A DNA stretch of 64,000 bases from assembly GCA_036785375.1 (NCBI GenBank), contig JAWMAR010000531.1, positions 744,001 through 808,000 of the forward strand, in the 5' to 3' direction. Below the pieces are notes generated by a model. It saw only the letters and a program-made list of their open reading frames with translations. It did no database searches and had not been told where the DNA came from. The position numbers were made by a program, and so were the translations under genes. Position 1 is the stretch's first letter, and every line of letters starts with the position of its first letter. Of this stretch, positions 61,730 to 64,000 are shown in pieces. This DNA comes from Leucoraja ocellata (Eukaryota).

Positions 61730-61870
61730 GGAGTCCGCAATGTGGCCAGTGTGTGTCTGCAAATTGGTTATCCAACCATAGCCTCGATACCACATTCTAT
61801 CATTAATGGTTACAAGAGGGTGCTGGCCATCGCTGTGGAGACAGACTACTCCTTCCCATTAGCTGATAAG
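61730..61870 (+). CDS. RPLP0: RPLP0 exon 7 (final exon lies beyond the window)
   Basis: [47 protein letters not shown]; AG/GT sites. Confidence 0.98.
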
Positions 61871-63434
61871 GTAATGGTGGACAAGTCTTGGTGTTGAATT
61901 CCAGCGGTTCAAATGTAAAGAGATGAATTGATTTGGATGTTGCTGATTCTTGAAATTATGGATGAGTAAGCTCATTCAACCCAATATAGGTATTGTGTTC
62001 TGTGATACTGCAATTTCCCCCATGCAGCACATAAGTGGTTACTGTTTTTCTTTATGCCACCTCCGTGGTAATTGGAGTTCTGTTCAGTCCATTCTGAATA
62101 TAACTTTTATGTGGATGTTGCTGCAGAAGTCAACATTTCTTGCCTTATAATTAATTGCCTATGGAAAATGGAGAGTTGCTGCAGTTGTTGTGTAATAGAC
62201 CCTCGTTTGTAGCCACTCCGACATATTCCAGTATTTAGACTTGGTGACCATGAAAAGCATTTATGTTTCCCTCTGACTCAAAGGGGACCTTGCAAATGCT
62301 ACCCTCTTGTACCTCTGACCATAGTGCCCCTGGGTAGAACTTGTGGATTAGGTAGGTACCTTCAGAACTTTTTAGACAAATAGAGCATGGAAACAAGCCC
62401 TTCGGTCACCATATCTGCTCATCACTATGCCAATCTAAACAAATCCATCACTGTGGCCTGCCTGTCCATATGTCTGTCTATATGTTCCTTAAATATTACA
62501 AATTTGCCTGCTTCCGTCACCTTGATCCAGGCCACCACCAACTCTTTAATTTTAAAGCACGTCTCAAACCAAAATGTCACCTGTACATTTCCTCCACAGA
62601 TACTGCCTAGCTTGCTGAGTTCTTCTGGCTCTTTATGTTTTACTCAAGTTGCGTCACACATATTTTAATCTTCCCCTCGCTCACCTTGAACCTATGCCCT
62701 CTAGTATTTGACGTTTGCACCCTGCTTTTATCTCTAGCTTTCAAGATTTTGGACACTTCGATCGGGTCACTCCTCCATCTCTAAACCTCCAGCTCTCGTA
62801 TATCATACAAATTGCAGCTACAGTGTGCTACTGCTGCAGAGAATGAATGTAATGTTAATCCAACCGGCTCCTTTGTCCTTTGCCCTGCACTCTATATTTC
62901 TTTAGTGTTTGAGCTACATGAATCTGGGCACTTGTCAAATAGTTCTTTATTTTTGGTATCATCACGGGGGGGGGGGAGGGGGGAGTGGTGGAAAGGCTCA
63001 CTGCATTATAGTTGGCATGTGACCTTTACTTGCTCTTCAGGTTACCAGGTTCAATTGTGAATTGCCAAGTTTCTCATTAATTATATGACCTCTGTTTTGT
63101 TGTTGGTGAATCTAGTTATGGCAACGCTTTTGAATGTAAAGTTGGTGATTAGACGCCTGCATTTTAGTGTCCTGAGCCCATGATATTTATGGGCATGTTT
63201 GAACAGTGCTGATCGTCATTTGTCAGATGAGCTCTACTGTTTGACACCATTCTGCTTCATTATTTGAAGATGTTCACCACTGAATATAACACTCCTTGAT
63301 CTTGTTTCCACTTTAACCATGGCCCATTGTTCATCATGACTATGACTAGATTGATGGGGTAGGAGAGTTGAATTTTTATGCAAGGTGACACCTGAACTAG
63401 ACGACTGAAATATTAGCCTACCTATGCAATCCGT

Positions 63435-63708
63435 TTGCATTACTCGTTATCACCTTCCCCACATCCAACAATGGACCATTGTGGGCTCCACCTTTCCTGG
63501 TCTCTGCAGACTTTGATCTGTTTTTTTGCACCATTGTACCTTGTCATATCGCTCGGTTCCCTCGCCTCTGTCTCTCAGTCTGAAGAAAGGTCTCAACCAG
63601 AAACGTCACCTATTTATTTTCTCCAGTGATACTGACTGACCTGCTGAGTTACTCCAGCTTTTTGTGTCTATCTTCGGTCTAAACCAGCATCTGCTGTTCC
63701 GTCTTACA
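63435..63708 (+). mobile_element. Penelope-type pLTR fragment with hammerhead-like motif (~63580-63607)
   Basis: CAGTCTGAAGAAAGGTCTCAACCAGAAACGTCACC followed by GCTGAGTTACTCCAGC...CCAGCATCTGC. Confidence 0.65.
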
Positions 63709-64000
63709 AAAACAATCGATGAATTCTTTAGCGCAGCTGACTTAAATGACTATCTTGTAATGCCTTGAAACATTGGTGCAGAGACATAGTTCACATCCCA
63801 TATTAGTAGCCGATGAATTAAAATAATTAAAAGTATCTGGAATATTTTAAAGCTAGTGCCACCACTGTCTGCCAACCTTGTTTTAGAGTGTGACACGAGA
63901 CCTGCCAATGTGTTTGACAGTTGCTTCTTCAATTCAGTGATAGTTGGATCTGCCAGTGATGTTCATATCCTGTGAATTACATATTATTTTTAAAAAAAAT

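Noticed and set aside
61871-64000. Final RPLP0 exon (acidic C-terminal tail)
   Set aside because: No VKAFLADP or DMGFGLFD coding sequence was found; it must lie beyond the window.

Overview
Eukaryotic, intron-rich, AT-rich vertebrate DNA. The repeat content (HE1/V-SINE, abundant CR1 fragments, Penelope 3' ends) points to a cartilaginous fish, probably a skate or ray; that assignment is inference. Two + strand genes lie in tandem. PXN (paxillin) runs from coding exon 2 to the stop (13420-44174), with exon 1 upstream of the window and the 3'UTR reaching ~45740. RPLP0 (60S acidic ribosomal protein P0) has its 5'TOP exon at ~55171 and coding exons at 57446-61870, with the last exon beyond the window. 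The ten constitutive PXN exons plus the expected 13-nt exon-1 CDS give 557 aa. Three large in-frame exons (24377-28170) add 618 aa for a long isoform, and several further cassette-exon candidates are visible. Three PXN introns appear to use GC donors. Main non-coding findings: (1) many short Penelope-derived inserts, often with their own target-site duplications, that carry a minimal hammerhead-ribozyme motif and often fold back as hairpins; (2) two related foldback DNA transposons inserted in tandem, one a 738-bp near-perfect palindrome; (3) seven same-orientation CCAAT boxes at the RPLP0 promoter, with candidate antisense exons towards PXN; (4) a deleted Gypsy element whose primer-binding site extends ~42 nt into tRNA-Leu. 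All homology statements come from recall of known families; no searches were run.
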